Assembly (NCBI GenBank): GCA_013360445.1
Contig: JABWBP010000003.1
Location: 2,811-66,810, forward strand
DNA: 64,000 nt
Reading direction: 5' to 3'
Origin: Calditrichaceae bacterium
Lineage (GTDB): Bacteria; Calditrichota; Calditrichia; RBG-13-44-9; J075
The notes under the pieces were generated by a model. That model made no database searches. It was not told where the DNA came from and saw only the letters and a list, made by a program, of their open reading frames with translations. A program made the translations under genes and the position numbers. This document shows, piece by piece, positions 33,401-40,085 of the stretch. Each line of letters opens with the position of its first letter. The stretch's first letter is position 1.

Positions 33401-33622
33401 ATAATTGAATGAAAACCCCGAGGGGAAATTCACCGTGTAGAAAACGTCGTCATCGGAGGTAGTCCCAATAACGGTTCCGTCGGATATTTCCACCCAATGA
33501 AATTCGACATCCGGGTCGCTTGCCCTTCCCATGCCGGCGGGAGAAATCTGGGCAAATAAAACGCCCGGCGTTATGATCAGGATTGCGAAAAATGCAGACA
33601 GCAGTCTCCCAACCAATTTCAT
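21500..33622 (-). CDS. Giant (4040 aa) secreted Ig-repeat surface protein with C-terminal T9SS-like/FlgD-Ig sorting domain
   Basis: Signal peptide; invasin/Big_1-like repeats (VTDxxGNPV); many beta-sandwich repeats; C-terminal HNYPNPF..IFTLTGRLV..WDGRN..GVY..KVVYIK. Confidence 0.9.
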   Translation of the reverse strand: MKLVGRLLSAFFAILIITPGVLFAQISPAGMGRASDPDVEFHWVEISDGTVIGTTSDDDVFYTVNFPSGFSFNYYDQPFNTVYASSNGYLTFRNYGASDPYFTNDNLSGGNAPDSMIAVFWDDLILSESTARVYQKVIGVAPYRALVIEYKNVSLKAGSSPLTFQVILYETTNLIKLQYLSLGTGSNGELGGSATVGVKFGLDFNTYSFNNPSLANGRAILFFPSANISAIANLQPAQVAVGTNGQKFRFNLNTITTAATILQQMGKADVLRIHNPLSSPVTVVDSIAVDGTNFFFIQRATPPSAAEYTALPTIATWFYNSGNDSLYIQLPPYTVKSNIAVSFRISVPNQTLGPYTFESRLYPRLRFSTAAQNSPAITLTAGPITNYTITPQTATITAGGSIQFTVTALNQFGAPVANNDSATIEVFGSTTAVYPPKGYFNNNSFFNFVVVETKAGTFTARATNFNNSTLTAQTGIITVNPGLPSMVSKVSGDTTGIAAGSNRLLRARVTDSQSNPVSGASVRFDVVSGGGNFAGLNSQTVVSDGQGIAQALFTTGPAAGLNEANATLVGSPGVFVQFDVTTVPGPLSYFTVTPATFDTTAGSDISITVRGFDVNDNLVSNDNSTVAEFFSDNPDVSISPLSATLSAGVAGFTASSDKIGVFRLTARSQANPLKNGVSDPVTIRAAAPDSLIKFAGDGQTAPVNSLLPLPIEVQVLDQFLNPVEGVTVTFVPLSGGSVSNPTDVTDASGVASTGWTVHNTATPDTLAATILGQPTNPDTVFFTATVIPGAALVLTREQPADTTGLVDSLLTQNLSVVVTDAFGNPVPNFPISFAIVQKPSGAANEFLTVNNGSTNAQGRVQTQIHLGTKAGTYVVRAFSASTNPNLVDFTTFAEHRAPDRILLVAGNNQTGVAGVVLGDSLRFQLVDIYDNPIADSTLDFIPQPQNGAANPPSRLTNASGQAATAWTLGAPAGIQKMVATLAFPALASDTAYAAALPAGATLLELISMRQIPRDSIAAVRGENITVILRARDAFGNPAPNTVVDFAALPGFNNTQFEFTQVTTDAQGRAINVVTTDTGNDSTFFRAFIAGVDTLDLHIFHIRYAGNLNPVAVSPGASAAFSLDLENLSPNPVELNPGATRFSFSSGSALFSALLDNPLTLQPGITTINFIPAIVDTNFASVSYAPEVFLRGSGENALLGGNIVLPNNSLSIFTLSVARVLGSKTQVTLGDTLTLTMRVNKFGPVTVNVDSVFLNFAGGTAIPQSNIVPSPGNPTVLPPNINTHDFEFVATIPGTAAGSYTVSGNFQGTTFSGNPVNASSDTNFVFSVGSSANLSVQSLTPDTLTTAEPVVFTAGLINNGNFAVLLDPNFSYLAFGADTVYLRQSYSVPAGGVINPVEVEFRSDSIVSPAQAAPYPVNMRLFGVENGITFDTTLTATDSVLVQNPPEVVVAGIIALADTAAQNQDSLRALVRLTNSGALNAPARFALPQGMTLSTSVLNNIPPNSSSTFTLAAGDTTPPVEFIFSLGPNYPPGVEEVKVRYSYTDVNTGKIFNRAPADSDTFVVLSRARLSLQAHFLNPDTVSPGQPGVEFRFTVRNDGQSPARIDNGDVAVLFNNPHTITLTSPALLPVVLAGDSTREFIYTIDVSPNSAIGSDFLDLSVSHSDTFSAKRYTDVAIENLDTLQITEGVTAAQVQIQSVQVTPGNANQGQIGLQAAARIKNLSNIAVRVDTVALIPSRPGIGAALITPLPVQIAPGNTANFQFGLAVADTMPAGAVTIDASYQATDLLFGIMISDTGAVVPGTLNILKPANFSFSAVTLAPDTASQGQGGILASVLATNGDDSTSSARVTGLQALFSVGGDTVTGALVNPTVLPVVPGGESVPVQFTLNVSDSASPGPVNVRIAAAGLDLTDSTAFADTSLAGTLIIRPRGNLAITALAISPDSAFLGQNGVPASITVQNNGAGAAQLNTVNLVLHNAPNFPVGLQTGTLPVILNPGQQTQVNYRIDVPANIFLPNGDSTIYAGATAQGVEVSSGKPVSAAGDSLDSFVISAQPDIRFDALISSPAFDIGDTADFKIQVTNLGGVALQLNAATFLRVEKANDPNNFSSQAIVPDSSDMNILPGETSVLAFEDLVMTEAGDFRLILGVQGNFYQPPHQLAFSQDINTQAFINVGGDVSIILVRVTPFETVAGDTGVIVDALVKNNTAPVSIDPGVLEFVYTDVPQTLPIVPTRLDTLTQVGTTPAADTLRWKFTVPPSARAGEVAVTVRLTFGNGSLGPISRTGFFNISSGAKIEYVVGSLMPDSVVNGQLAAFRASFINTGSANFFVRADSSYLQFSDPQHIYRAPVNGSFVIRGTPFQQVPDTSEIAFQADSISADFLAGLYDVAFHVFGDLPNQDTLTALDSTFAGQLTVLPEAIVVVDSVSVVPDAVIAGQENVQIRYFLRNSGQSAANLNAAIDVFRDSLGNDISALWSLQTQSQNFPFILPPSGAAVLTRNFIISGVHPPGLVRAHLRVNYNDVRKPGVILLAADSTVYDSVRVIIPSELFVDSLALVNVPNAANGTVNFNQPYALKLVLQNSGEDSVTNVTIRLFNDANQTVVFTQTISDTVLAPGASFRRDFPFTAGGASQTLRYRMVILEAFSVTSNTPVAIGEPLDNREDVTVQAPTQLALAAQLPGGEVYSQEQEFTVSFDIVRSGQSPFGNGSVRIQLPADYTLVSPNAQLPIGPAILSGSWQVQASADTTAGPADTIRVFYSAIPPDLNTAAPVILTSDSLALLVRVVESGKVEVADISIIAPPGGIDSTVSTGQNFRLSATIIFSGNVRAGNRTARVILPPGFSTDPDSIEQTLQGDLVTAEWPVSVAENILQMLGKTGGGRRHPDKNVSILDTNRDFALPAQGAVNENSGQQKKQGERLRIGGGEGILGETFDLQVRASGIDGGDSTRQFSDTATQQVTVVERAEMVMRAAVVDPPGATLGTVSTYQPFDVQIWVEKQGEAAVLPDDSNYIAIKVPQGFRIEGLAAGDSLLNYGIKTGFAEADTIRIFAPETVPAQQPLILARLDSTARDENTNQPAHVRQALASFNLSVETRASLRIDNLSAGLDTLTQNQDFTLEGLISNTGKADIQPNNNVTVKLAFDTTAFRLLNPADTVKTVQLVNKQALISWQMRTKPGASGSGNPYLLTASIDSTLSWDENGFPGMGVHLEKGSDTDTLTIVEVGIFAISAAYLNAPGTDSLTVSTLQQVRVTVEPQISGNFINRVATLYLPDIFTLDSLVAPISAAGAPVQWNIQVPDSLTNIWEELKVKIRGTSQVSNTVTLEDSAFLYLYVQKRATLAVDGRVAGGAVNNTVSQGQFFVYEAVVANVGQAGVAAAPKGQLTLSVGQKLVIDPDSLVKEFDLNTPVRWTIQAAENGQAAALLRRIHGAKQEKARLIVAVQQTGAAEGEGSAGNPARGAAVFRGIEKPAELRRVEDELSGLYRELNALVDTSLVKVTITARPPDINSGLPAAVEVGSDSTAIFIAEKPEITIIRNAAPAVWSTEQVGILEVEVDAPENVIERSGTLRLPEGFSFLNPADSLKEFGQNAVVNWAIRANQNIPQPTLPGVLTVIVSGRDANTPPPNAAVVRDTVELPVSVQRKALLNLASQTVSVRVLKGEQFVLQAAVNNAGEADVQGTGRVRLNIGEVGFQFAGGETEEKDFVIDNQTNTASFQWTLLAPNFDVNTVFTLGFTTQLPSDVNTQAPASTGVNTLVFDINMVSSQITIKPLDDVVEVDNSYIQGEREIGVLGAAFINPNTVETIFINNFDIAVLDGETGTPVADMHNLISRVEVVSYDFYRQQLGKPGSPPDRLGEVVITEQTANPVKINFSPVDTLAAEESDSLVIRIDMANQPISRNFRIQLKQVDASGGFVGRVNVVDSLGAPLAAIQLQSPRVTLLSSDPQQIFHNYPNPFGMETRLPGAPPGVTRFNFLMENSGNAELHIFTLTGRLVWSSAVNGLPAGLHTSALEWDGRNSQGERVVNGVYVAVLKVNYGSGGGATFQTKVVYIK

Positions 33623-33634
33623 AGAGCTACCCCA

Positions 33635-34153
33635 CTAATTAAGTTCGATGGTTACGTCTTTGATTTTTTGCAGGCGGGCTTCCGGGCCAGGCGGGCGCTC
33701 GCCGGCCTGGAACACGGTAACCTGCGACGGCGCAGCTTCGGATTGCGGCAGCGTTACTACCACGGCCAGGGTTGACTGCGGTTGTAATTGCTGCCGCACC
33801 CCGGACAGGTCAATGCTCAGCCAGCCGGAGGCTTCGTCGTCGAACCAGTGCACCGTTCCGGGAATTTCTACCGCCGCGTCGCTGCGCCGGGACCATAACT
33901 GGCTGCCGTCGATGCTGATGCGCACCAGCGCCAGGTTCGCTTTGCCGGAGTCGCCTAACACCAGGAAATTTACCGGGGCGGCCAATTCATTCCCCGCTAC
34001 TTCGATGGTAATCTCCCGGGAAGCGCCGGCCGCGCCGGGGGAGGAACCATCCTGCGCCGCAGCCGCCGGGGAAAACACCAGCATCAGCCAGATCCCCAGG
34101 GTTGTGGACAGCGCTCCCGCTGAAATTTTCATTTCAGGCTTTTTGTGAAACAT
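33635..34153 (-). CDS. Hypothetical secreted protein, first gene of the giant-protein cluster
   Basis: Signal peptide ending SPAAAA|Q; ends 12 bp before the giant gene. Start uncertain (34132, 34153 or 34270). Confidence 0.65.
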   Translation of the reverse strand: MFHKKPEMKISAGALSTTLGIWLMLVFSPAAAAQDGSSPGAAGASREITIEVAGNELAAPVNFLVLGDSGKANLALVRISIDGSQLWSRRSDAAVEIPGTVHWFDDEASGWLSIDLSGVRQQLQPQSTLAVVVTLPQSEAAPSQVTVFQAGERPPGPEARLQKIKDVTIELN

Positions 34154-34427
34154 GTTCAAGGTCCTGTGAATAATGTTGAAGGCAGATTGGGCTGGAGAAA
34201 GAGGAGATAACCACCGGCTCCGCGACGGGTTTATAAGGGCATTTTGACGGATGTAGGTATATGAATTCATGCTGAATTACCCCCAGTAATACTCTCGACG
34301 GCTACCCGGCGATCATTAGAATATTTGTAAAAGACCATCACATACATTCAATAATATACCAAAAACAACCCCTGACTTGAGAAAATATTCCTGCCCGGCA
34401 GGGCAGGTGGTGATAAGTGTCACAGGA

Positions 34428-34506
34428 GAAAATGTAAAATGAAAAATGAAAAGTGAAAAATGAAAGGTTCGTATGCAATTTACACTTTACATTTTTCACT
34501 TTGCAT
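34428..34506. repeat. Inverted heptamer arrays (AAAAATG / CATTTTT type)
   Basis: aaaatgtaaaatgaaaaatgaaaagtgaaaaatgaaa ... tttacactttacatttttcactttgcatt, abutting the TPR gene stop. Confidence 0.75.
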
Positions 34507-35654
34507 TAAATAATGGCTTTGATGAGAGAAAGGAATTCCCGCCCGTCGTTTTCCACTAAGCGAAGATTCTTGGCAGCTTTATCGAAATGGGGATTGATGC
34601 GGGTGGCGTCGCGGAAGTTATCCAGTCCTCGCAAAAAATAGTGCCGACATTGCATCAAGTGAACCAGCGCCAGGTATTGCCACAAATCCGGGTAGGAGGG
34701 ATTTTTTTGCAGCGCGGCGGACAATTTCTCCTCGAATCCTTTTAGAACCTCCGCATTCATCTCTTCATCCCCGAAAAACAGCCGCAGGTAAAATTTATAG
34801 CCGATGATTTCCGGCGGAATGTGGCGGATGAAGTGCTGCTCCCGGTATTTGTGCATCAACGCCAGGGATTTGCGCAAATCCATCTTTCCCAGCGCCTTGT
34901 TGATCAGGTAACTCTGGTTGCGATCCTCCACGTTGCCGTAGTGGTCGATTTTTTTCAGAAGAATCTTCAAAAAATCGGTGCTTTTTTTGAGCTCTTCCTG
35001 CTTTTCTTCTAATTTTAAGACCAGGATTCGCTGCAAGATCGCTTCGGAGAGGTTGAAATAGGCTTCGATATAGGCAGGATTGTGTTTCAGCGACTCTTTA
35101 AAATAATGCAGGGCCTGGCGGAAATTCCGTTTTTCCAGCATGATCAAGCCCAGCAGATTATAAGCGTCCGGGTAGCGAAGGTGCTGGTTGGTAAAGGCGG
35201 AAAGGATATCCAGGGCCTGGTTGTAGCGCTTTTGCAAATAATAGCAGCGCCCCAGATATACATAACTGCTGTGGCGGTTGGGCTCCAGATCCAGCACTCG
35301 CTTGAAGTGCTTTTCCGCTTTGTCGAAAATATGGGTGAAGAGAAACACCTGCCCGATCTTTTCATGGGCGGAGGAGGTTTCCTGAGCAAAAACACGTTCG
35401 GAGATTTCGAAGAGGTTGTCGATTTCTTCGATAATGGACTGATGAAATTGGTCCACTACCTGGCGGAGGCGGTTTTCCGGGCCTTTATCCTGTTCCGAAT
35501 TCCTGCGCTCGTAATGAGAATGCTCCACGAAGAGCAGGCGGCCCTTTTCAAATACTTCCGTGCGTATGATTCCCTCATCCACTAAGGTAGAGGTTTGGAT
35601 ATGGAACTCCCGGGAAGCAACGGAAATGTTTTCATTTAATCCGATATCGCCCAT
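34506..35654 (-). CDS. Tetratricopeptide-repeat protein
   Basis: Several TPR motifs (YPDAYNLLG, NPAYIEAYFNL, NPSYPDLW). Start MGDIG inferred. Confidence 0.85.
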   Translation of the reverse strand: MGDIGLNENISVASREFHIQTSTLVDEGIIRTEVFEKGRLLFVEHSHYERRNSEQDKGPENRLRQVVDQFHQSIIEEIDNLFEISERVFAQETSSAHEKIGQVFLFTHIFDKAEKHFKRVLDLEPNRHSSYVYLGRCYYLQKRYNQALDILSAFTNQHLRYPDAYNLLGLIMLEKRNFRQALHYFKESLKHNPAYIEAYFNLSEAILQRILVLKLEEKQEELKKSTDFLKILLKKIDHYGNVEDRNQSYLINKALGKMDLRKSLALMHKYREQHFIRHIPPEIIGYKFYLRLFFGDEEMNAEVLKGFEEKLSAALQKNPSYPDLWQYLALVHLMQCRHYFLRGLDNFRDATRINPHFDKAAKNLRLVENDGREFLSLIKAII

Positions 35655-35896
35655 AATCCTCGAATACCAGGCCTCAAGCACTTTTTACGATAAACCCCGG
35701 CCACTCCCTCCCCGCTTTGTACCGCGTGGTTTACGATCTATATTTCCCACTTCATACTTTGCAATCCTTACCTTCCATTATCGAATCGCAGAATGCAAAC
35801 CTTGATGGTTATTTAAAACCGGTGGGAAAATAGCGCTCTTTCGCAATAAAAAAAATGCGCTCCGCCACTTACTCGAAAATATTGCCGTACGGAGCC

Positions 35897-36301
35897 TTAG
35901 TGCTTGCGCTTTGCACGTTTATGGGAGAGAAAAACGACCAGGAAGGTTTGCACGGCTCTGCTGGCCGCCGATATGAAGTCCACGGTACGCAATAGCGGCG
36001 ATTCGATTTCTCTCTTCACCCGCCTTTGGAAACCGACGATATCGCCCATCGCTCCCCGCACCTGGTCGAGCGCCTCGCCTAAGGATTCGGCCTGGTAGCG
36101 CCCGGTTTGCAAAATTGCGGAGAGATTGGCGGATATCTCGCGTACGTTTACCAGTATGTCCGGCAAATCCCGGTCTAACTTTTCCGAAAGATCCTCCATC
36201 TTTTTTATGGTTCGCCGCACCTGGAGAATTGCGGGAATCAGAAAAGCGACCAGAATCAGCAACGCAATGCTGGCTATCAGGGTGCTGATTTCCCAGATCA
36301 T
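35897..36301 (-). CDS. DUF948 (YoxC-like) membrane protein
   Basis: N-terminal TM plus coiled coil; follows a YtxH-like gene. Confidence 0.75.
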   Translation of the reverse strand: MIWEISTLIASIALLILVAFLIPAILQVRRTIKKMEDLSEKLDRDLPDILVNVREISANLSAILQTGRYQAESLGEALDQVRGAMGDIVGFQRRVKREIESPLLRTVDFISAASRAVQTFLVVFLSHKRAKRKH

Positions 36302-36697
36302 TTACGCTTCTTTTTCTTTTTTGCCGCCTTTTTCTTCCTTAAAGGCGCTTTTGGCGGCGTCCAGCGCTTCTTTCAAACGTCCCTTGCTTCCCTCGACGGT
36401 AGTTTTCCCCTTTTCGATGATATCGTCAACGATGTCTTCCACTTCTTCGGCTTTTTTGCGGGCGTCCACTTCCAGGTCTTTCAGCCGGGTAATCGCCGAA
36501 TCATAGGCTCGGCGGGCTTTGGTCATGGACTCTTCGTACTCTTCCCGCGCCCGGTCATACAAATCATCTACTTTTCTGCCGATATCTTCACGGGTTTCCT
36601 TGCCGCTTTTGGGGGCATATAGCAAGGCGACGATTGCGCCAACGGCTCCGCCAATGAACAATCCTTTCAGAAAATCCAGGGTACGGTGATCGGACAT
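36302..36697 (-). CDS. YtxH-domain protein
   Basis: FLKGLFIGGAVGAIVALLYAPKSGKETR signature; GAGGAG RBS before MSDHRT. Confidence 0.9.
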   Translation of the reverse strand: MSDHRTLDFLKGLFIGGAVGAIVALLYAPKSGKETREDIGRKVDDLYDRAREEYEESMTKARRAYDSAITRLKDLEVDARKKAEEVEDIVDDIIEKGKTTVEGSKGRLKEALDAAKSAFKEEKGGKKEKEA

Positions 36698-36844
36698 GGT
36701 TTTTCCTCCTCTCGTTGAATCGGAAGCGTTGAAATTTAGAGTTCCCCTCTCCAAACTCCCCAAACTTGCCCTGCTAAGTTACAATAGTTTTGCGCTATAT
36801 TAAACAAAAAAATAAGAATTTATCGCTTCTCCGGGGGCGCATGC

Positions 36845-36956
36845 CAAATTGCGCAGCAGAATTTATTCTGCGCTGTCAGTGCAAAATGTATTTTGTGGCG
36901 AAGCCCCAACCACGGGGTAAACCACTCCTTCCGGAGCACTTCTGCTGCGCAATTTG
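36845..36956. repeat. 17-bp perfect inverted repeat (REPIN-like relic)
   Basis: CAAATTGCGCAGCAGAA at 36845-36861 and TTCTGCTGCGCAATTTG at 36940-36956. Confidence 0.7.
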
Positions 36957-36992
36957 TAATCCACTCCCTTCTGGTATCGCCGGAGCGAAATT

Positions 36993-37916
36993 TCAAAACG
37001 TCCCGAACCGGGCAGCCACGGGACGATGATCGGAAACCTCGCTCACATAGAGGGAATAGTACTGGTCGAGTTTGAGCACCTGGGTGGTTAAGGGAAGATA
37101 GGCGGTATCAATGGAAGTGGTAATGAGAATGTGGTCGATCAGGGAATTAAAACCTCCTAACAGGTAGGAAAACTCGCTGCTGCTCCCGGCAAAGGGCAGG
37201 GTCAAAAATTTGTAGCGCAGGGTATCTTCCAGGAAAGGAAGAAATACATTGCTGGACGGGGGGTCCTCCAGTTCGTCGTTCCAATCCCCGGCGACAACAA
37301 AATCGGGATCGCTGCCCGATTGCAGTTGTGAATCAATGTAGTTTTCTAATTTTTGAATGGAATTTCGGCGGCGAACCTGACTTTGCGGATTTCCATCCTC
37401 GGCCTTCAAATGCACCACGATGAGGTTAAAATCGAAGGTGCGGCCGTTTTTGCTGGCGAGTAAAGATAGTTGAAAAGGGGGGCGGGAGGCGAAATCATAC
37501 AAATCATTCACAAACAGGTAGGTTGAATCCAGCACCTCGATAACGGATTTTTTGAAAATGATCCCGGTTTTGAAGGAGCTGGATAACTCATTCAGCCGGC
37601 CGTCGTACATATCCGCCCCTGCTGCGGCGTTGAGGCTGTCCAACAGATTCCGGAATTCAAACGCGTTGTTGATTTCCTGAACCGCGTAGAGGTCTGCATC
37701 CAAATCCAGAACGATTTCCTTCACGTCGGAAACGGTCTGGCCGCTCTTGGGGAAGGTTTGGATGTTCCAACTGGCGATTTCCAGGGTATTTTCCTCTCCG
37801 AAGCGGGGAATATTGATCTTCGGCAGTTCCTCTACCGCGTCGGTAGCTTTTTTGGAGCAGGCCGTTAGCAGCAGGGCGAATATGCTGATGATGATAAATT
37901 TAACAGAAACCGGCAT
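36993..37916 (-). CDS. Endonuclease/exonuclease/phosphatase-family lipoprotein
   Basis: Lipobox LLTAC; SWNI, AVQE, VHLKA, AGDWN, IDHI and SDHRPV motifs. Confidence 0.88.
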   Translation of the reverse strand: MPVSVKFIIISIFALLLTACSKKATDAVEELPKINIPRFGEENTLEIASWNIQTFPKSGQTVSDVKEIVLDLDADLYAVQEINNAFEFRNLLDSLNAAAGADMYDGRLNELSSSFKTGIIFKKSVIEVLDSTYLFVNDLYDFASRPPFQLSLLASKNGRTFDFNLIVVHLKAEDGNPQSQVRRRNSIQKLENYIDSQLQSGSDPDFVVAGDWNDELEDPPSSNVFLPFLEDTLRYKFLTLPFAGSSSEFSYLLGGFNSLIDHILITTSIDTAYLPLTTQVLKLDQYYSLYVSEVSDHRPVAARFGTF

Positions 37917-37945
37917 GTTGCCAACCTGTTTTTCCGGTTCAAAAT

Positions 37946-37988
37946 AGATTGGCAATTACCAATTGGTAATTGCCAATTGCCAATTATT
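37946..37988. repeat. Heptamer array (GCCAATT type), partly palindromic
   Basis: attggcaattaccaattggtaattgccaattgccaatt directly after the ndk stop. Confidence 0.65.
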
Positions 37989-38406
37989 AGCCTACCAGAT
38001 CCCGGTCGGAAAAGAAGAATTTGATTTCCGCCCGGGCGGTATCCGGCCCGTCCGAGGCGTGCACGCAATTGAACTGGATGCTGCTGCCGAAATCCCGCCG
38101 GATGGTTCCCGGGGCGGCGTCTTTCGGGTTGGTGGCGCCGATGAACTCCCGGTAGGCTTTGATGCAGTTCTCTTTTTCCAGCACCATCGCCACCACCGGG
38201 CCGCTGCTCATGTATTCGGTCAGCTCCCCGTAAAAAGGGCGTTCTTTGTGCACCGCGTAAAACGTTTCCGCATCTTTCCGGGTCATGTGCACCATGCGCA
38301 GCGCCTTGATGGCAAATCCCGCTTTTTCGATCCGGGCGATTACCTCGCCGATATGTTTGCCGGAAACGCATTCCGGCTTGATCATGGTGAAGGTGAGTTC
38401 TGACAA
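37987..38406 (-). CDS. ndk: Nucleoside diphosphate kinase
   Basis: TFTMIKPE, FYAVHKERPF, GATNP, PGTIR and NCVHASD motifs. Confidence 0.96.
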   Translation of the reverse strand: MSELTFTMIKPECVSGKHIGEVIARIEKAGFAIKALRMVHMTRKDAETFYAVHKERPFYGELTEYMSSGPVVAMVLEKENCIKAYREFIGATNPKDAAPGTIRRDFGSSIQFNCVHASDGPDTARAEIKFFFSDRDLVG

Positions 38407-38434
38407 GGGGTTTCTCCTGTGCTGTCTGTTGCGT

Positions 38435-38704
38435 TTATTTTCTTTCGATTTCCTGCAACCGTTGCTCTAACAATAAATTGGCCAGGCTTTCGGCGCTTAA
38501 ACCGCGGGCGCGGGCTATTTTTCGTACCCGCTCTACCAATTCCTTATCAAGCGAGACCAGGTAACGGCGACGCGCCTGCTCCGAAATTTTGAATTCCTCC
38601 ACCGGCTCGGTCTGGTCCCAATAATCCGCCAGGCTGTGAGAATCCCAGAATTCAGCCATTTCCTCGTAGCTGGTAAGCTTTGGTATTTTTTTACCTGCGC
38701 CCAT
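38435..38704 (-). CDS. CopG/BrnA-like antitoxin
   Basis: KKIPKLTSYEEMAEFWDSH N-terminus and RHH-like C-terminus. Confidence 0.8.
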   Translation of the reverse strand: MGAGKKIPKLTSYEEMAEFWDSHSLADYWDQTEPVEEFKISEQARRRYLVSLDKELVERVRKIARARGLSAESLANLLLEQRLQEIERK

Positions 38705-38974
38705 ATAACTTCCTTTCTCTACTATCCATGTCACGGGCACTTAAAATCTACGCCTCATGGGTTTGCTTATAAACAAAGTAAACGATAACATAACGCCCGA
38801 TGCGCTTTGCCCGAGAGCAGCATACAAATCTTCCCCTTTTCGATGCCCTTTCTGAACTTTTCGTACTACTGGATCACCGAAAAGTACTTGCTCTACTTCT
38901 TCCGGCGTTAATCCATGTTTCCGGGCGAGTTTATCGATTATCTCGGGACGCCAGATTATATCAGCAATTTGCAT
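38691..38974 (-). pseudogene. BrnT (DUF497)-like toxin with frameshift and stop
   Basis: IIW..KHG...EVEQV N-terminus. After a 1-nt shift near 38797 the frame reads RYVIVYFVYKQTHEA*ILSARDMDSRERKLYGRR*, with TAG at 38750-38748. Confidence 0.8.
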
Positions 38975-39002
38975 CCTGCTCTCTCACGCCATCAATCAGG
39001 TC

Positions 39003-39878
39003 TTACTTCCCCAGCACCTTCTTCACCGTCTGCCCGATCACCGCGGGGCTTTCGCAGACGGTGATGCCGGCGTCTTTCAGCGCCTTCATCTTCTCCGCCG
39101 CGGTGCCCTTTCCGCCGCTGATGATCGCCCCGGCGTGTCCCATGCGCTTGCCCGGGGGGGCGGTCTGCCCGGCGATGAACGCCACCACCGGCTTGTTGAA
39201 GTATTGTTTGACCCAGGCCGCGGCTTCCTCTTCGGCGGTGCCGCCGATCTCGCCGATCAACACCACCGCCTCGGTTTGCTCATCCTTCCGGAACAGTTCC
39301 AGGGCGTCGATGAAACGCGTGCCGATCACCGGATCGCCGCCGATGCCGATGCAGGTGGATTGCCCCAACCCGATCTGGGTCAACTGGTGCACCGCTTCGT
39401 AGGTGAGGGTTCCGCTGCGGCTGATCACCCCGACCGATCCCTCCTTATGGATGAACGCCGGCATAATGCCCACTTTGCACTTGCCGGGCGAAATTACCCC
39501 CGGGCAATTGGGGCCGATCATCCGGGTACCTTTTTTCTTCAAAAAATGATACACTTTCAGCATATCTTTGGCGGGAATGCCCTCGGTAATGCACACCACG
39601 GTTTCGACGCCGGCATCCGCGGCTTCGTACACCGCGTCCGCGGCAAAGGAGGGGGGAACGAACAGCACGGAGACGTTCGCGCCAGTGGCGTCCACAGCGT
39701 CTTTTACGGTGTTGAAGATGGGTACTTTTCCCTCGAATTTTTGCCCGCCTTTACCGGGAGTGACCCCGGCGACTACTTTGCTGCCGTACTCGATCATTTG
39801 ATTGGTGTGAAACGCGCCTTCTTTTCCGGTAATTCCTTGCACCACAATCTGGCTGTTCTCATCAACGATAATGCTCAT
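39003..39878 (-). CDS. sucD: Succinyl-CoA synthetase alpha subunit
   Basis: [22 protein letters not shown] and MGHAGA motifs. Confidence 0.97.
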   Translation of the reverse strand: MSIIVDENSQIVVQGITGKEGAFHTNQMIEYGSKVVAGVTPGKGGQKFEGKVPIFNTVKDAVDATGANVSVLFVPPSFAADAVYEAADAGVETVVCITEGIPAKDMLKVYHFLKKKGTRMIGPNCPGVISPGKCKVGIMPAFIHKEGSVGVISRSGTLTYEAVHQLTQIGLGQSTCIGIGGDPVIGTRFIDALELFRKDEQTEAVVLIGEIGGTAEEEAAAWVKQYFNKPVVAFIAGQTAPPGKRMGHAGAIISGGKGTAAEKMKALKDAGITVCESPAVIGQTVKKVLGK

Positions 39879-39892
39879 GTTCGCCTCATTTT

Positions 39893-40082
39893 GTAATGTC
39901 ATTGGTTGTCATTTGCTTCGCGTCATTTGTGGTCATCGATGGTCATTGGCGCTTCGCGCGTCATTGATTGTCATTGGCTTCGCGTCATTCAATGGTCATT
40001 CGGCTCCGCCGTCATGTATGACCAATGACGCGCTAAGCGCAACTGACCATTAAATGACTACCAATGACGCGCTAAGCGCAAA
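39893..40082. repeat. Inverted GTCATT / AATGAC motif arrays between sucC and sucD
   Basis: About ten gtcat(t) units followed by aatgac units, including ccaatgacgcgctaagcgcaa twice. Confidence 0.8.
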
Positions 40083-40085
40083 AAC

